Positions 16,480-17,592 of a DNA stretch of 17,592 bases are shown here, piece by piece. Below the pieces are notes generated by a model. It was not told where the DNA came from. It ran no database searches and worked only from the letters and a program-made list of their open reading frames with translations. The translations under genes and the position numbers were made by a program. Origin of the DNA: Candidatus Micrarchaeota archaeon (lineage in GTDB: Archaea > Micrarchaeota > Micrarchaeia > Norongarragalinales > Norongarragalinaceae); the NCBI GenBank assembly GCA_037444485.1, contig JBBIMI010000017.1, forward strand, positions 1 through 17,592. The letters run 5' to 3'. Position 1 is the first letter of the stretch, and each line of letters starts with the position of its first letter.

Positions 16480-17337
16480 ATGGCTTCACTAAACGCGGGG
16501 CCAGAGTATTACGCGGCCGAAGGCCGTTACCGAGAAGCGAAAACCATTGAAGACAAGCTTGCAGCGCTTGAAGAAATGCTGCGCTACTGTCCAAAACATA
16601 AAGCCGCTCACTCCATCCTCATGGAAATCAAGAACAAAATCGCGCGCTTGAAGAAAGAACAACAACTCGAAGCCCGCAAGGCAGCGCAACGCAAGGCAGG
16701 CGGGCCGCGCGAGTTCGTAAAACGCGCTGGTGCAGCTCAAGTCGTGTTACTAGGATTCGCGAATTCAGGCAAGAGTTTTCTCTTAAACGCGCTTAGTGAC
16801 GGACGCGCGCGAGCGGCTTCAACTGAAAAGCCTTTCGAAACAATTGAAGTCACTCCTGGAATGATGGAGTTCGAGAAAATCCAGATTCAAATCCTCGACA
16901 CGCCGAGCGCAACTAACCAAAACCGCGCGCGGTTATTCGCGCTCGCCCGCAACGCCGACTTGACGCTTATTCTAATCGACCCCGCGCAAGACGAGAACCC
17001 CCAAAAATTTTTTTTTGACGCAGCGCCGGGAAGAAAAATATTCTTGAAACGCGGGGAAACGCTGAACGTTGACGCGTTAAAGAAAAAAATTTTTGACGAA
17101 CTCGGCGTGATACGCATTTTCACTAAAAACCCGCGCGGAGAAACTGATTATGAGCGTCCCATCGCCCTCGCGCGCGGGCGGAACACGGTTGCAGACGCTG
17201 CTCGCGAGATTCACAAGCAACTAGCTGAAGGCTTGAAGTATGCGCGCGTGTGGGGTTCAACGAAATTTCCGGGCCAGCAGGTCAGCGGCGATTACGAACT
17301 GCGGGACGGCGACGTCGTCGAACTCCACTTGAAATAA
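16480..17337 (+). CDS. DRG/Obg-like GTP-binding protein with C-terminal TGS domain (archaeal type)
   Basis: N-terminal PEY..AE..Y..A.T.E.K..ALEEML...PKHK helix region, G1 GFANSGKS, G2 PFET, G3 DTPS, and TGS-domain IRIFTK...TVADAA.EIH...LKYARVWG.....Q.V..DY.L.DGDVVELH. The ATG at 16480 matches the family N-terminus better than the one at 16402. Confidence 0.88.
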   Translation: MASLNAGPEYYAAEGRYREAKTIEDKLAALEEMLRYCPKHKAAHSILMEIKNKIARLKKEQQLEARKAAQRKAGGPREFVKRAGAAQVVLLGFANSGKSFLLNALSDGRARAASTEKPFETIEVTPGMMEFEKIQIQILDTPSATNQNRARLFALARNADLTLILIDPAQDENPQKFFFDAAPGRKIFLKRGETLNVDALKKKIFDELGVIRIFTKNPRGETDYERPIALARGRNTVADAAREIHKQLAEGLKYARVWGSTKFPGQQVSGDYELRDGDVVELHLK

Positions 17338-17565
17338 AAGCTTACAACAACAAAAGCTTACAACAACAAAAATACGAGGCGCAGAACCACAACACTACGA
17401 GGCACAGTATTACAAGAACTAGCGTGACGGACTAGCGTGACTGCTTGCGGGGCGTTTAAAGGCTTACGAGCGCTTAAAGCGAGAGTTTTAAAAACTAGTT
17501 TTTCGTAACGAGTTTAAGCAAAACGAACCAGTTTTCCAGTTTTTTTACTAGATTTAACTAGATTT
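17336..17565. repeat. Cluster of short duplications downstream of the GTPase
   Basis: AAAAGCTTACAACAAC x2 (17336-17367). TACGAGGC(G/A)CAG x2 (17373, 17396). ACTAGCGTGAC x2 (17418, 17431). CCAGTTTT x2 (17528-17543). ACTAGATTT x2 (17547, 17557). Confidence 0.8.
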
Positions 17566-17592
17566 GCGCGAAAAAAAGGTTTCGCGTGAAAG

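Noticed and set aside
15983..16594. 203-aa minus-strand ORF and small plus-strand ORFs at 16173-16355 and 16310-16492
   Set aside because: They overlap the SRP RNA, the GTPase start or low-complexity repeats, and show no protein motifs.

Overview
This is an archaeal protein N-glycosylation and surface-glycan locus. A DPANN/Micrarchaeota-like host is plausible but cannot be proven from the sequence. In order, the window holds the 3' end of an IS200/IS605-family tnpA with its subterminal hairpin, a FemAB-like GNAT transferase, and a mostly AT-rich minus-strand block (NodU/CmcH O-carbamoyltransferase, SAM methyltransferase, GT-B glycosyltransferase, and a second methyltransferase of more native composition). 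Next come a Wzx-like flippase, a GT4 glycosyltransferase, an AsnB-type amidotransferase, the oligosaccharyltransferase aglB, an AglH/DPAGT1-type GlcNAc-1-P transferase, a GalT-family nucleotidyltransferase, an SRP RNA gene absent from the ORF track (about 16105-16375), and a DRG/Obg-like TGS GTPase. The four most notable observations are: (1) a 271-nt archaeal-type SRP RNA with no helix 6 and a helix 8 apical stem one pair short; (2) an AglB ending in a Pro/Thr linker plus four back-to-back N-glycosylation sequons, with non-canonical active-site motifs and a Cys-rich insert; (3) carbamoyl, amido, methyl and (amino)acyl tailoring enzymes clustered with aglB/aglH; (4) most longer intergenic spacers built from short, locally unique tandem duplications.
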